Shown here piece by piece: positions 39,659 to 53,065 of a stretch of 64,000 nucleotides of DNA. Numbering within the stretch: position 1 is the first letter of the stretch; each line of letters begins with the position of its first letter. The notes under the pieces were generated by a model, which worked only from the letters and a program-made list of their open reading frames with translations, made no database searches and was not told the DNA's origin. The stretch comes from Octopus vulgaris. Its lineage: Eukaryota. The DNA lies in the NCBI GenBank assembly GCA_951406725.2, contig OX597815.1:29822001-29886000 (forward strand), given 5' to 3'. A program made the translations under genes and the position numbers.

Positions 39659-39660
<2 letters not shown>
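39443..39660 (-). mobile_element. Penelope-like solo pseudo-LTR inside (TA)n
   Basis: Same family as 19608 and 57900; carries the intact minimal hammerhead core. Confidence 0.75.
39547..39581 (-). ncRNA. Minimal (dimer-type) type I hammerhead ribozyme
   Basis: GTTT-CTGACGA-A-GAGC(TCC)GCTC-GAAA-CG-TT-AAAT; palindromic AACGTT in place of stem III. Confidence 0.7.
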
Positions 39661-39721
<61 letters not shown>

Positions 39722-39794
39722 TACTTGGAAATGGATGCGTGGTGTTCAGTCAAATAATAATATAAATGCTCGAAATGAGGAGTAGATAGACATA

Positions 39795-40190
39795 GGCGCA
39801 GGAGTGGCTGTGTGGTAGGTAGCTTGCTAACCAACCACATGGTTCCGGGTTCAATCCCACTGCGTGGCATCTTGGGCAAGTGTCTTCTGCTATAGCCCCG
39901 GGCCGACCAATGCCTTGTGAGTGGATTTGGTAGAAGCCTGTCGTATATATGTATATATATATATATGTGTGTGTGTTTATGTGTCTGTGTTTGTTCCCCT
40001 AGCATTGCTTGACAATCGATGCTGGTGTGTTTACGTCCCCGTCACTTAGCGGTTCGGCAAAAAGAGACCGATAGAATAAGTACTGGGCTTACAAAAAGAA
40101 TAAGTCCCGGGGTCGAGTTGCTCGACTAAAGGCGGTGCTCCAGCATGGCCGCAGTCAAATGACTGAAACAAGTAAAAGAGTAAAAGAGTA
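39795..40190 (+). mobile_element. SINE family B
   Basis: Homologous to 2173-2584. Confidence 0.9.
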
Positions 40191-40194
40191 TAAA

Positions 40195-40224
<30 letters not shown>

Positions 40225-40228
<4 letters not shown>

Positions 40229-40650
40229 ACAATAAAGGAACGGCCATAATAGGCCATTATACGATATACCGTTTCATCTGCTGATTAATGGTAAACTAAC
40301 CTGATTAAATTAAATCAAGCCAATCTTACTGAAGAATCTGAGGGCCTGTGGAAGATTGGCTTGATTTAATTTAATCAGGTTAGTTTACCATTAATCAGCA
40401 GATGAAACGGTATATCGTATAAGAAATTACAGGGTAAATGTTTTTTAAATTTTCTCCTGGTTTACTGAATTAACTTTTATTTGCGGTTGAAGCTTTGGCT
40501 GTTATTTCTAGTGGGTGAATGGCCTATTATGGCCGTTCCTTTATTGTTGATGTTGAACTTAAAAATGGTCTATGACTATTTTAATTTTTTCCTACTAGGC
40601 CGCTGGTGGCAAAAGAATTCTACAAAATTTTTTTTGCCACCCTATATTGA

Positions 40651-40655
<5 letters not shown>
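40225..40655 (+). mobile_element. Penelope-like pseudo-LTR with 5' inverted duplications, inside (TA)n
   Basis: 40225-40258 is the reverse complement of 40518-40551; 40257-40327 is the reverse complement of 40352-40422; carries a hammerhead. Confidence 0.7.
40324..40424 (+). ncRNA. Canonical type I hammerhead ribozyme, predicted cleavage after GUA at 40419
   Basis: Stem I TCTTA/TAAGA; CTGAAGA 40329-40335; stem II ATCTG/CAGAT; GAAA 40404-40407; stem III CGG-TATA-TCG; GTA 40417-40419. Confidence 0.8.
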
Positions 40656-40686
<31 letters not shown>

Positions 40687-40960
40687 TATATATTATATAT
40701 CAGAGGCAACAGAGTAACTTAAGTGTCGATACTTTTGTGCGTATGCATTTATCAAAGTTTGATGTGTCAATGCACCAAACTTTCGTCTCTTGAGTCATTC
40801 TGTTGCTTTAGCTAAATATTAATAAAAATATACATATATTCATATTTTGAGTTCTATTTTTCGTGTTTGCATCGCTATACCTATACGGATACATATATGT
40901 ATCAGTGTGTGCGAGTGTATGTGCGTATGGGGTGTGTTTGTGCGTGTACATAGACGCACA

Positions 40961-41473
40961 TCTATATATATAAAACTGTAGTTGTGTGAGTGTCTGTCCC
41001 CTTCGATTTAGATTCCTAACTACTCCCACATTTTGCGGTGCAGTTTAACCAAATTCGGGTATCTTATAGTCGTGATTCATATCGAGCCCGTCTGAGTATT
41101 AGTGCGCGTCTACAATGAGTCTACGATTTTAAAAATAATTTAACATAATTTTTTATTCCATTTTAATGCATAATTTTTCGTGTGTCGATGGCGGCGGAGT
41201 TGGCGTCCATGGTCACACCTGCACCTGTTTGCTTCTCCCCCTTCTTCCCTCCCTCGTGAAGCTGTGGGGAAGGGAGTATAAGGAAATCAACGTCGTAAAG
41301 CGTTGTCAAGAAGACCAGTGTTCTTTTAGAACAACGACTTCATGGCTTGAAGACACCAAAACAGAAATGGCTAAGAAAGCCCGAATTGGCATCTATAAAG
41401 GAAGTAACTCTCTAAAAATGCTTATATAGTTATTTCCCTTACAAACCCGAGCAACGCCGGGCGATACTGCTAG
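40961..41473 (+). mobile_element. Non-autonomous Helitron
   Basis: A|TCTATATATATAAA 5' end, subterminal GC hairpin CCCGAGCAACGCCGGG, CTAG|T 3' end, no TSD. Confidence 0.85.
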
Positions 41474-41559
41474 TTATTAATAAAAGATAAACGAAGTTTA
41501 CTTCTTGAAAGTCACGCTGCGATCTCGAACCTAATCTTTACCCCGCCTGCTTCTACATG

Positions 41560-42000
41560 TTTGAACTATGCCAACATGTGGTGATAATTGACGTATTTCA
41601 ACTGCAGTGGGGGTAGATATAAAATGGCAGAGAGGTTGTAAGTTGGAGACATTTGTTATGCTTTTAGTTGTTGACATCTTTAATAATGGATTAAGGCTGG
41701 TAGCATTTGTAAAGCGGGACATAATGGACGAAAAATTTTGAATTGAAAAGACGACGTGAATTCGTAGAAGAGAAGCTAGGAGGGGGATTGAGAAAGGGGG
41801 AGAGAGAGAGAGAAGGGAGAAAACAGGAGTTAGTATGAGAAAGAGTAAAGGGGAAGAAGAGGTGAAAAGGGCGTCAAAATCGTGGTTACAATGAGTAATT
41901 AAGAGATTTAGAGTTAGAATCCCTTGGTTTGAATGGGAGAGGCAATATGACAGAAGGAAGAGGAGAGAAATATGTATGAGACAGAAAAAAGAAAAAAGAA
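41560..42000 (-). mobile_element. Possible decayed Penelope-like fragment
   Basis: Pyrimidine-rich minus strand similar in composition to 21908-22700; weak linker-like translation. Confidence 0.35.
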
Positions 42001-42374
42001 GGAATCTTATAAAGAGAGACATAAAAGATAGACAGATAACTAGAGAGAGAGAGTAAGCGAGAATGATGAGGACGGAGTATAGTGAAAGAGGCTAGATGTG
42101 AAGTTCACAAAATCTTAGATATACACAAACAACTATACACACATAATGAGACCCATATGTATATTTACGAAAGTTTCAGAGTACTACTGGCAGACAGGGT
42201 AAAACGTTCAACCGATTTCTTATCTGGTTACTTGGTACTACGCCATTCTTAGCGTCTATGTATGTATGTATGTATGTATGTATGTATGTATGTATGTATG
42301 TATGTATGTATGTATGTATGTATGTATGTATGCATGCATGCACGTATGTATGTATCTGTCTGTCTGACTATCTG

Positions 42375-42620
42375 TCAAACAAGCTACTAATCATCTACAA
42401 AATTCAGGTGAGACTCTTGATGGAATACTGCTCCCACACGACGCTGATCCTGTTTCACGTACGTACTCACACATCTTAAAACACGTCAAAGAGAAGAAAA
42501 ATCGTCAATGTATGATGGATCTAACTGGTCTTGTGTCACTTCTGTTTAGCTCCTCATTTCATCGCCAATGTTGTGTTCATCCTCTGATATCAAGCTAATT
42601 ACAACGCTCAGAATTTCTTC
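42375..42620 (+). mobile_element. CR1/L2-group LINE RT C-terminal remnant
   Basis: KLLIIYKIQVRLLMEYCSH (YK.QVRP.MEYCSH-like). Confidence 0.65.
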
Positions 42621-43485
42621 CCCAAGAACGTCGGTCCTTTTGTATTTTCGCCTTGAATATATTTTTCCTAAAACCAATGGCATCCAATAGTTCAAGTAGA
42701 AAACTGCCAACGTCATTCTCACCGACCAGGTAGAACCGGCGAAGACTCGGGCACAGTTACTCACTTCAGATCAGAATAAATAATGACAAAAAGAAACAAA
42801 ATGTTTCGTTTATTAGAAAACATTTAATCTATTGCAAATATTTTCAATGCATTGGAATATTAGGTTGCTTTTCTCATGAAATCAAAGTGTATGACATAAG
42901 CTTGAACGATCTTCCAAAATATTTAAAATATCGTCAAAGTGGTATAAAATTTATGTTAGGCAGTCTTTGGCACATCAAAATCCATTCTAACTGGGATTTA
43001 GGAGATTGTTACTATCGAGGAATTGGTTATTCTTGATCTCACCACCGTCTCAAATATTTTAATGATATCAAAAGTGAATAATTCACTGGAAACGTCAAAT
43101 GGCCCTTTTTGCAAGACAGACTAGGACATAAAATTTTTGAGTGCGAAGCCTATAGCTCGCTATTTTCTCAAGAAGCTAACTTGCGGAAATACAAGTTGGG
43201 GTTGTTATTTCTCCAAGATACGAGAGAGGAATTTATGAAAAACCTGCAGTTGGACTGTATATAATTCTTTTTATTGCAGCTTGATTTCTGTTGTGCCATA
43301 ACTTACGTCAGGGATGATACGATGGTGCTTGTCTTTAATGATAATGCTAAAAGCAACGTCATAAGGTTCAATATTTATCTGTAAGAATATTCCTTAGTTA
43401 TTCGGCATCATTGAGAAGTATGTTATTTCCATCAGTATACCAATATTTTCACCAGGGTACCAATATGTGAAAAACCGGCCGCCCT

Positions 43486-43610
<125 letters not shown>

Positions 43611-44552
43611 GCATAGGCACTTTCATTGAAAGACTAGTAATATTGATAGGGTGGTTCCTTTAAGAAATGTAGAACACAAGACCTAGCAATCAACGAAACT
43701 TCTTATTTATTTATTAATTAATCATTTATTTATGATAGCAAATTATTACTTATTTAAAGTTATTTATTTGTTATGCCAAACTGTAATCTTGAAATTTGTA
43801 AGCGTCTTTTACCAAAGACATTTATTTATTAATTTATTATTACTTTATTTTCATGTGTTTATTATGTTTTTTTTAAAAGTATATTTAAACTATCTTAGTT
43901 TTCTTGAAATATACTTCTAATATCACGAACATTATGTCGAAGACTTTAAGAATTTTATTGTTTATTATAATTGAAATCTTTTTATTCTTTTATTTATAAA
44001 ATCTCACATCAATACAACATTTAACAGTTTCCTAAACCATTATAATACATGAGTTTTCTATAGAACCGACATCTTACAGGAAACGTTTTTTAATTCACAG
44101 GTTAATTGTGTACACACTTTCCTATTTGCTAGATTTCAAGTTTCTACATCAATTTTACTGATAATGTCTCCACTATCATTATTGTTAACACAGTTTATTT
44201 ATTTATTCACTCATTTATTCATTTATAAAGTAATTGTCATCTCTTTTCACAATCTTCTTGTTCCACCTATTAGTTTATAATACTAATATTGTGTCTTCGC
44301 TACGCTAATGTTTCTCATGTTTACCTTCTGTTTTCTACTACATCTTCGTCTTTTCCTACTTCTGATTCATTAGTCTTACATTTCCCAGTTTTTTTTTTCC
44401 TTTCTAATTATCTCTTCATCTCCCTCTACACATACATTTTTCATAGAAAATTCATATAACCTTAAATATCAGGACGTAAATCTTTACATAAAAAAAAACT
44501 TCTACTTCTCCTCCTTCCTTTTGTTCTCTCGATTCTCACTATAAATAAATAT

Positions 44553-44961
<409 letters not shown>

Positions 44962-44964
44962 GGA

Positions 44965-45289
44965 GACTTCCTTCGGTCACGAATGACCATGGGATTGCAC
45001 CTAGAAAGTTATCCTCCAAGGTACAAGTCCGGGCAAGGTTGTTTATGGAAGACCAGCAGTTGCCCATCCATATCAACATCCCCTCTCCACGCCACCGATG
45101 TCACCCAAAGGAAAGGCAAAGGCCAATACAACTTGGCACCAGTGACGTCGCAACTCATTTCTACAGCTGAGTGAACTGGAGCAACGTGAAATAAAGTGTC
45201 TTGCTCAAGGACACCACACGTCGCCGGGAATTGAACTCACGACCTTATAATCATGAGTCGAATGCGCTAGCCACTAAGCCACGCGCCTT

Positions 45290-45290
<1 letters not shown>
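44965..45290 (-). mobile_element. SINE family E, full length with tRNA head
   Basis: Minus head GAAGGCGCGTGGCTTAGTGGCTAG..GAGTTCAATTCCC; body homologous to 13700-13965. Confidence 0.88.
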
Positions 45291-45321
<31 letters not shown>

Positions 45322-45427
45322 TAATATATATAAACATATATATATATATAAACATAACATGTATTTATGCATCTATGTACATGTATATATATGTATATAT
45401 ATATATGTATATTTATATATGTATATG

Positions 45428-45524
<97 letters not shown>

Positions 45525-46259
45525 GAAACAATATATATTTATATTTTTCTCTCACAAATTACCAAATTGTAATAAGATAAGAAACTATAGAGAAATTTCG
45601 AGAAATTACTGAATAAAATTTGATTCAAGACCTGCAGAAGAATGTGAGTAAAAATAACAGTGAAGGAATAAGCTTGGAATAAGAGTGAAATATGTAAAGA
45701 AACCAGTAACATTGTATCGAGTATAAATGTAGACGTATACAGAGTGTTATAAACAAACGGATGAAAGACGCGATGTATTTAACTTATTCAGAAAACGGTA
45801 AGCCTAAAAGAAATTGGTCGACCAGAGAGTTAGGGAAATAATTTTATTCGAAATGACATCACTTGGAAAGGAAAATCATTTGTATTGACTATTTTAAAGT
45901 ATTTGAGTGATAAACGATTCGTGCGATGAAACTACAGTATATAGTAACCCTGCACGTTTTTTCAGCTTCAGTATATGTCAGTATTGTTCTTTCTGTTTTG
46001 AGCTGTTTGGACCGTTTGTTGTCCACACTTAAGTAAAATAGCTTCATTACTGCTATGCTTCTTTCAGTAAAACACTCTAAGGCAACGCCGCCTATAGAAA
46101 GTGAGTTATATAGAAACATCATCCCGACTTTGTCTTACTAAAAATATAACCATTCCGTCGAAAAAAAAACAAAAACGTATATCTAAAATTCCTCTTACAG
46201 AAAACTGAACACCTAGACGGAGGGTCCAGTCTAGGCAAAAAAAAAAAAAAAATTAAAAT

Positions 46260-47990
46260 TTTGATTTCAAGACAAACAAATATACTTCATAAAACAAACT
46301 TTTCTGCAACCGTTTGAAGATCTTTTCCGCATGATCAACAACATTAAGTTCAAACACCATAAAGGAATTCCAGAGAGACTTGAAATCAAAATTAAATATC
46401 TTTAGTACCAACAACAATATTTTCATATAATCCGATCAACTAAAAATCTCTACGGAATTGATAAACCCATCTACCATAAATTCCTCTCTAACTCTATTAC
46501 TAACACTTATAAGAAAACAAACTTTATATCTTTAAATGACAGCAATGCAGAAATAAGTAGGATAACAACTGATTTAAATATAGATGGTAGCGTAGAATCT
46601 TTAGCGTTGAAAAACCCGTATTTCATCTTTAAAACGATGATAACAATTCTCTGTCTACTAGACATTTTAAAGCCCGACAAAACATGCTGGTCTCAATATA
46701 AAATGTCTTTTTGATACGAATGTAGGTTGTTAAGTCAGCTTTCTACTCACTCACAGAATATCTGTGAATACTTCGTTTAAATTCCCACTGGCCAAAGAAA
46801 AGTGTAGATTTATCCAATCTATTTTAAAGGCGACTATTCTTCTATTCCTGAAATCTTCTTGATGGATTTATTCAAATTGGCAAAAGAATTTTCGCCTCTT
46901 GCTGATGGGGAAATTAATATTCTACAAGTAAGGAAATTCATTTTATTCTATGATAAAAGAAATTTCGAAAGATTCAGCTGAAATTAGCAACGTCGTTGGA
47001 TTATGTCTCTTAAGCCATCTACCTGTAAACATTATTGAGAGGCTTACAGATATGATGGTCCACAAACCCTCTGTAATACCGACTATCAATCAACAATTAT
47101 AGTGATTTAGAAAAGAACGTAATATCCTTGATAACAATATCCTAAGCCTTCTTATTAAAAATACTGCCTTTCAAAATTTTGGTCTCTCTTAAAACAAATA
47201 AGGCTATTGTCCCAAAAATATACGATGAGCAAAAACCAACACATCACAATTTCACATACATAGAAAAAGAAAAAAGAACTAAATCACCTGGTTCGATCCT
47301 TTGTTTTAAGAAACAAAACAAGTTTCTATTCCCATAGCTAAGTAAATTGTTTCTAAAAACTTTTAAATAGAGATTTTATAAGTATCTCATTCAGCTACAT
47401 CTAGGTTTTCAGCCTTTATCTTTAAACAAGATCGCATCAAACCTAGCGTTTATTCCTCAACTTTTATACATTTGCCACTACATCCCTTCGAATGAATGTT
47501 CACCTGACAGTAAATTTACTCCTACAGAGATTACTTACTGTGCAACTGTAGAAAAGGTAATAGTTTCTAAATCGCAAAACTGTTTGACTTTGAATTCATT
47601 CAAATCACAGTACAAACAAATATTTTATACTTTTCACCATACAGCTCGAAACACAGACCGTTTATTTACATGTATTTGGAATTTTAACTCAACTACGTCT
47701 CCAAATGCAGATTAATGTTTTGCCAGATCTTATAACTCAGCCGACACCCGTGTATGTTTTGTATTTCTAAATATTAAGAAATATCGTTTTCCTATCCCTC
47801 TTTTCTTAACCGCACTGCAGAGCTGGTGACTTCTTGCTAGCACAAAAAATTTAAACGTTCATATATTTCAAACCATTTATCAGCCTAGATTGATTCAAAG
47901 ACGTAATAAATGATCAAATGATCTCCCTTTCCAAGCAAGATCTTTTAGCATATATTATTTAATACCGTGACAATGTGGTCATGCGGAAAC
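46260..47990 (+). mobile_element. Highly decayed Penelope-like element of a second lineage (RT + C-terminal GIY-YIG)
   Basis: LQPFEDLFRMINNIKF; TKNLY..YHKFLSNSITNTYKK; DSAEISNVVGLCLLSHL; ITWFDP; CIW; CMFC; LNRTAELVTSC*HKKF, all in the expected order. Confidence 0.75.
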
Positions 47991-48411
47991 TACGCTCTGT
48001 TTAACTGCTGTTTTCAACCTAATTGTTTTCTGAATACTTAAGCACAACACGTCTTCTCTAACATTTTAAATCGATGTATTTGCTACACTGTTGACAACTC
48101 ACTTTTCCTCTTGCGTATTTCATACATTTCTCATATTTATTGCTTACTCCAACTTCATCCGCCCATCTTGTTGTTCCTTATTCCCCATCTAACAATATAT
48201 GCCATATTTTTTCAGTAGTTTTTCATTATAATGGGTCGTGAGATGAAAGTGTAGTGAATTGTAATCCGTTTTCAATAAATATCTAAATTGCTCTACTTTT
48301 GGTATTGATTTCCTTTGCATTCGTGATTTGTTTGCATCTTAAACATAATTATACATAATATATAATATATAATATATATATATATAATATATGTATATAT
48401 ACACTATACCG

Positions 48412-48488
<77 letters not shown>

Positions 48489-49411
48489 TGTGCGAGTATG
48501 TCTCTATCTGTGTGTGTGTGTGTGTATATATATATATACATATACCAACATAATCCACATAAAAATTTTCGTCTCAGTAAAAGGACAAGGGAAGATTGTT
48601 CCAACATAGACTACGTCATAACAACTGTAGTCACATGCATGATATATAAAAACTGTAGCTTGAAAGTAGGCGGTAAAAAAAAAGCACCATGCTTATATAG
48701 AGATTTCAAAACTAAATCATGATAAAGCATAGAAAATACAGTATAAATATATTTAGGCAATCCCAGCAATACATCCCAAGCAAAACATACATTTTCAAAA
48801 AAATAATTGTACACTGTCAATGGTACAATAAAAATAACAAAGCCTTAAACTTGAAATACTTAACACATTTTTCAGAAGTATGTTATGTTACAGTTCTTCT
48901 TTCCAACATGACATGCAATGGAGAACAGCTGCAGCTCATTCACAAATGTATATAAACAAGCATACATATTTATATACACTCTCTCTCTCTCTCTTTTACC
49001 CCACCACACATGTGCGTGTACGTAAATGTGTATGTATGTATGTATGTATGTATGTATGTATGTATGTATGTATGTATGTATGTATGTATGTATGTATGTA
49101 TGTATGTATGTATGTATGTATGTATGTATGTATGTTTGTATGTATGTATGTATGTATGTATGTATGTTTGTATGCATGTATGTATATATATATATATATA
49201 TATATATAAATATATCATGTATTTATATATGCCCTTTTTTACCCTTTATACACACACACACATATATATATATAGCATGTTTATAAATATGTATATAATT
49301 ATATATATACGTATTTGCGTGTATATATATACACACACATACACACACACACACACACACATATATGTTTGTATGCGTTAGTCTGTGTGTGCTTGTGTGG
49401 ACAGAGATATG

Positions 49412-49496
<85 letters not shown>

Positions 49497-49847
49497 CTGT
49501 GTGTGTGTATGCGTGCGAGCGGGTGTGCGTGTGTGTATGTATTTATGTATAAGCATACACACACTCACACATACTCGGTCAGTTTCGCGGCTTACATCCA
49601 GTTGTTTGAATAATTAAACTACCTACTCATTAATGTGGATGTGGCTGAGCATTCAAAGTACATATTCTCTGAACGTAATTCCGAGACTAAATCAGTGTAA
49701 TACAGTATGAAGTAAAGATATATTAGACCAGGTGCATTTTCAACCACGAAACCAATTTTCTCACATAAATACATACCTACCTACATACATAATACATAAC
49801 ACACACGCACAATTACACACATACACACACAAATATATATATATATA

Positions 49848-50335
49848 CAGTTCGTCGTCGACTTACGAACTATCTGACTTACAACCGATGGACTTTACGA
49901 CGATTGGTGCGCTAGCTCCTGGCAGCAATAATAAATAGTACAGTTGAAATATAATGGGTTTAATTTCTTAGAAATTAACCCATCTACGGATGATGTCGAC
50001 TAACAAACGCTTCCCCTAGGTTTGGTTATCGATCGCCACTGTGATGGATAACTATCCTGTCGCGGAGACATCGAGGCAACCTCATGTTTTTTCATATGAT
50101 GACTGCTTGAGACTTCGAAAATAATAGTATAATACAGAATGCTGTGTGAGACTTTTACCTGAGAATGTACCTTAAGAATGTACAAATATAAAACAAAGCT
50201 ATGTAGGCATATAAGCCGACTTACGACCAATTCGACTTACGATCAATTCGTCTTACGATCAATTCGACTTACGATCAATTCGACTTACGTTCAATCAGTC
50301 GAAACCAACTGTGGTCGTAAGTCGACGACGAACTG
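49848..50335. mobile_element. Tigger/pogo-like (Tc1/mariner superfamily) non-autonomous element
   Basis: TIR CAGTTCGTCGTCGACTTACGA / TCGTAAGTCGACGACGAACTG, TA TSD, subterminal CGACTTACGATCAATT repeats. Confidence 0.9.
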
Positions 50336-51150
50336 TACGTATTTAAATATACATTTACCCATATGATTTTTTTTCTGGGAAATATACACACTTTCATCCC
50401 TCTTTTTATCCCTTGAATCGTACGTTTATATCAATATCAAACTTAATTCTGGTAAATTCCTTCCTCAAGAAGTTTGTTAAAACATCAAGCACTGCAAAAC
50501 CAAAAACCGATAATATTAGTACAAAATTAAAATAAGGGAGTTAACCCCAACAAGCCAATGACTTGTAAATTAAGACAAAACGAGCAAGTAGATGGTGGCT
50601 TACGGCAATGATGTTTACTGGTACTTCTCAGTGAATTAAGGTTTCCTTCTAAGTTGGACAATTATCGCAGTAAACGTTAGCGACTCATAAAGCAAAGGAA
50701 AGATAGTTTAAAGAAATTGAAACAACAAAAAAAAAAACAAACAAAAAACAACAACCAAAAAACAAACAAACAAAAAAAACATACTGCTTCTCACACAAAA
50801 TCTTCAATAAAGACCAGCAGAACTCTTAAACAGCTGCTCTAGGACGTAGCTACGCGACGAAAATTTTGACGTAGCTTGAAATAAATATTAGATTTAAAGT
50901 TAATTAAAATGTTATTAAATAACTCTACAGTCTAGTTGTTAGGTAAATCTAATTCTTACGTTGATTCTTCCTTACATGGCCAGTAACAGTAACTGACACA
51001 CTTCCATCCTATTGGTAATTGTTGCAAAACAATCACTTGAGAGAAACCTTATCGTTGGATTTCCGTATACGAAGCTCACATTCAACAGGAAAGCTCTCGC
51101 CAACCCGTCAATATGCCTACGTCATAAAGTGATTACATCCATCTACTAAG

Positions 51151-51194
<44 letters not shown>

Positions 51195-51390
51195 GTTATT
51201 GCTTAGCGTTATTTCGTCTGCCGCTACGTTGTGAGTTCAAATTCCGCCGAGGTTGACTTTGCCTTTCATCCTTTCGGGGTCGATTAAATAAGTACCAGTT
51301 ACGCACTGGGGTCGATATAATCAACTTAATCCGTTTGTCTGTCCTTGTTTGTCCCTTCTGTGTTTAGCCCCTTGTGGGTAGTAAAGAAAA
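51195..51390 (+). mobile_element. 5'-truncated family A SINE
   Basis: B box plus central domain and TTTAGCCCCTTGTGGGTAGTAAAGAAA end. Confidence 0.88.
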
Positions 51391-51444
51391 ATATATATTA
51401 CATTTCTAAATATATCAGGGAGATATAAGCAATAGTAGTATGAT

Positions 51445-51816
51445 AGAGTAGTTGTATACTGTCAACTTAACGTGACAGTCCCATGAAGGGAATCAAACCA
51501 CTGTGATTTAGCCCTAGGAAGCATCAACGCTTCCTGTCGGCCTTGACACATTTCCTGTGTCCTTATGTTTACAAGGGGGGGGGGCAAGCACTTCCACCCA
51601 CCTAAGCCTGCATCCAGAGACTAGTTTTTGAGTCTTTGCTTGTCACAAGTCTGGAGTAGCAAGGCCTGCTAGTTCAAGATACCTGTCTAGCCCTTGTAAA
51701 CATAAGGACACAGGAAATGTGTCAAGGCCGACAGGAAGCATTGATACTTCCTAGGGTTAAATAGCAGTGGTGTGATTGCCTTCATGGGACTGTCACATTA
51801 AGTTGACGGTATACAA

Positions 51817-51823
<7 letters not shown>
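51445..51823. repeat. ~133-bp-arm inverted repeat enclosing a degenerate minus-strand hammerhead; probable PLE terminus
   Basis: 51445-51577 vs 51691-51823; TCCAGA..CTAG-TC-TCTGGA motif at 51613-51655. Confidence 0.8.
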
Positions 51824-51890
<67 letters not shown>

Positions 51891-52452
51891 GACACATCCA
51901 TAAACACAATCGCAGAAATAGACACATTAATGTAGATTTACATGATCACATATCCTTGGATATGACTAAACATTGAAAGAGAATATTATAAAAACTTACA
52001 CAAGTTAATCCATCTATTCATCCGTCTCTCTATATACATGCATAGATTCGTACACACATCCATCCATACATACCTACATATATGCATACGTACATACATG
52101 CGTACATACGTACATGCATACATACATGCATACATGCATACATACATGCATATATACATAGACACACATACATATATGCATGCGTACATACATACAAATA
52201 TGCATGCATACATATGTACATACACATGCGCATGCAATCTGATGTTTTGAGACAAAAAAAGTGGCCATGAAACTCATCGTCTGCGAATTCAATTCCTAAG
52301 TGAAACCAGGGAATAACTTTTCTCTAATTCAACATTCGACCTCTCTAAATTCCAGTGAATTGACGTTTGTTTCTTAGCCAGAAACTTAACCTCTCTTTAT
52401 TGGAAGACGTCAAAGAATTTAAAAAAATAGAATGTGCACATGTACACGCACG

Positions 52453-52521
<69 letters not shown>

Positions 52522-52769
52522 AAATACATTGCGCTATTCGATGATTAATGTCTCACATATTTCTGGTATTTATATTAATATTTTCTCGTAATTAGTTTAT
52601 ATCTTTCAATGAATAAAATTAAAAGAAAACTTTTTTATTGTAAGTAACGCTTTTGTTGGAAATTCTTCATGAAATTAATCACAATCAATGAGAAAGCATC
52701 AACGTGGTTCGTCGGTCTGTTATAAATAGCAGCCAAATCTATCTTCTGTCTCGTCTTACTGTCTTAGTG

Positions 52770-53065
52770 CAGGCACATGGCCTAGTAGTTAGAGCAGCGG
52801 ACAGGAGGTCGAGGTATAGCGGGTTCGAATTTCAGACCGGGCGGTGTGTGTGTTTATGAGCGAACCGTCTAAGCTCCACACGACTCCGGCAGAAGGTAAT
52901 GGCGAACTTCTGCTGACTCTTTCGCCACAACTTTCTCTCACTCTTTCCTCCTGCATCTTGCAATTCACCTGCGACGGACCGGCGTCCCGTCCAGGTGGGG
53001 AACCTATACGCCAACGAAACCAGGAAAACCGGCCCTTATGAGCCAGGCATGGCTCGAGAAGGAAC
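52770..53065 (+). mobile_element. SINE family D relative
   Basis: tRNA head TGGCCTAGTAGTTAGAGCAGCGG..GGTTCGAATTTC; body similar to 12510-12820. Confidence 0.85.

Noticed and set aside
42850-43430. Possible Tc1-like transposase remnant on the minus strand
   Set aside because: Only a faint SP.LNP-like resemblance; too decayed to support by eye.
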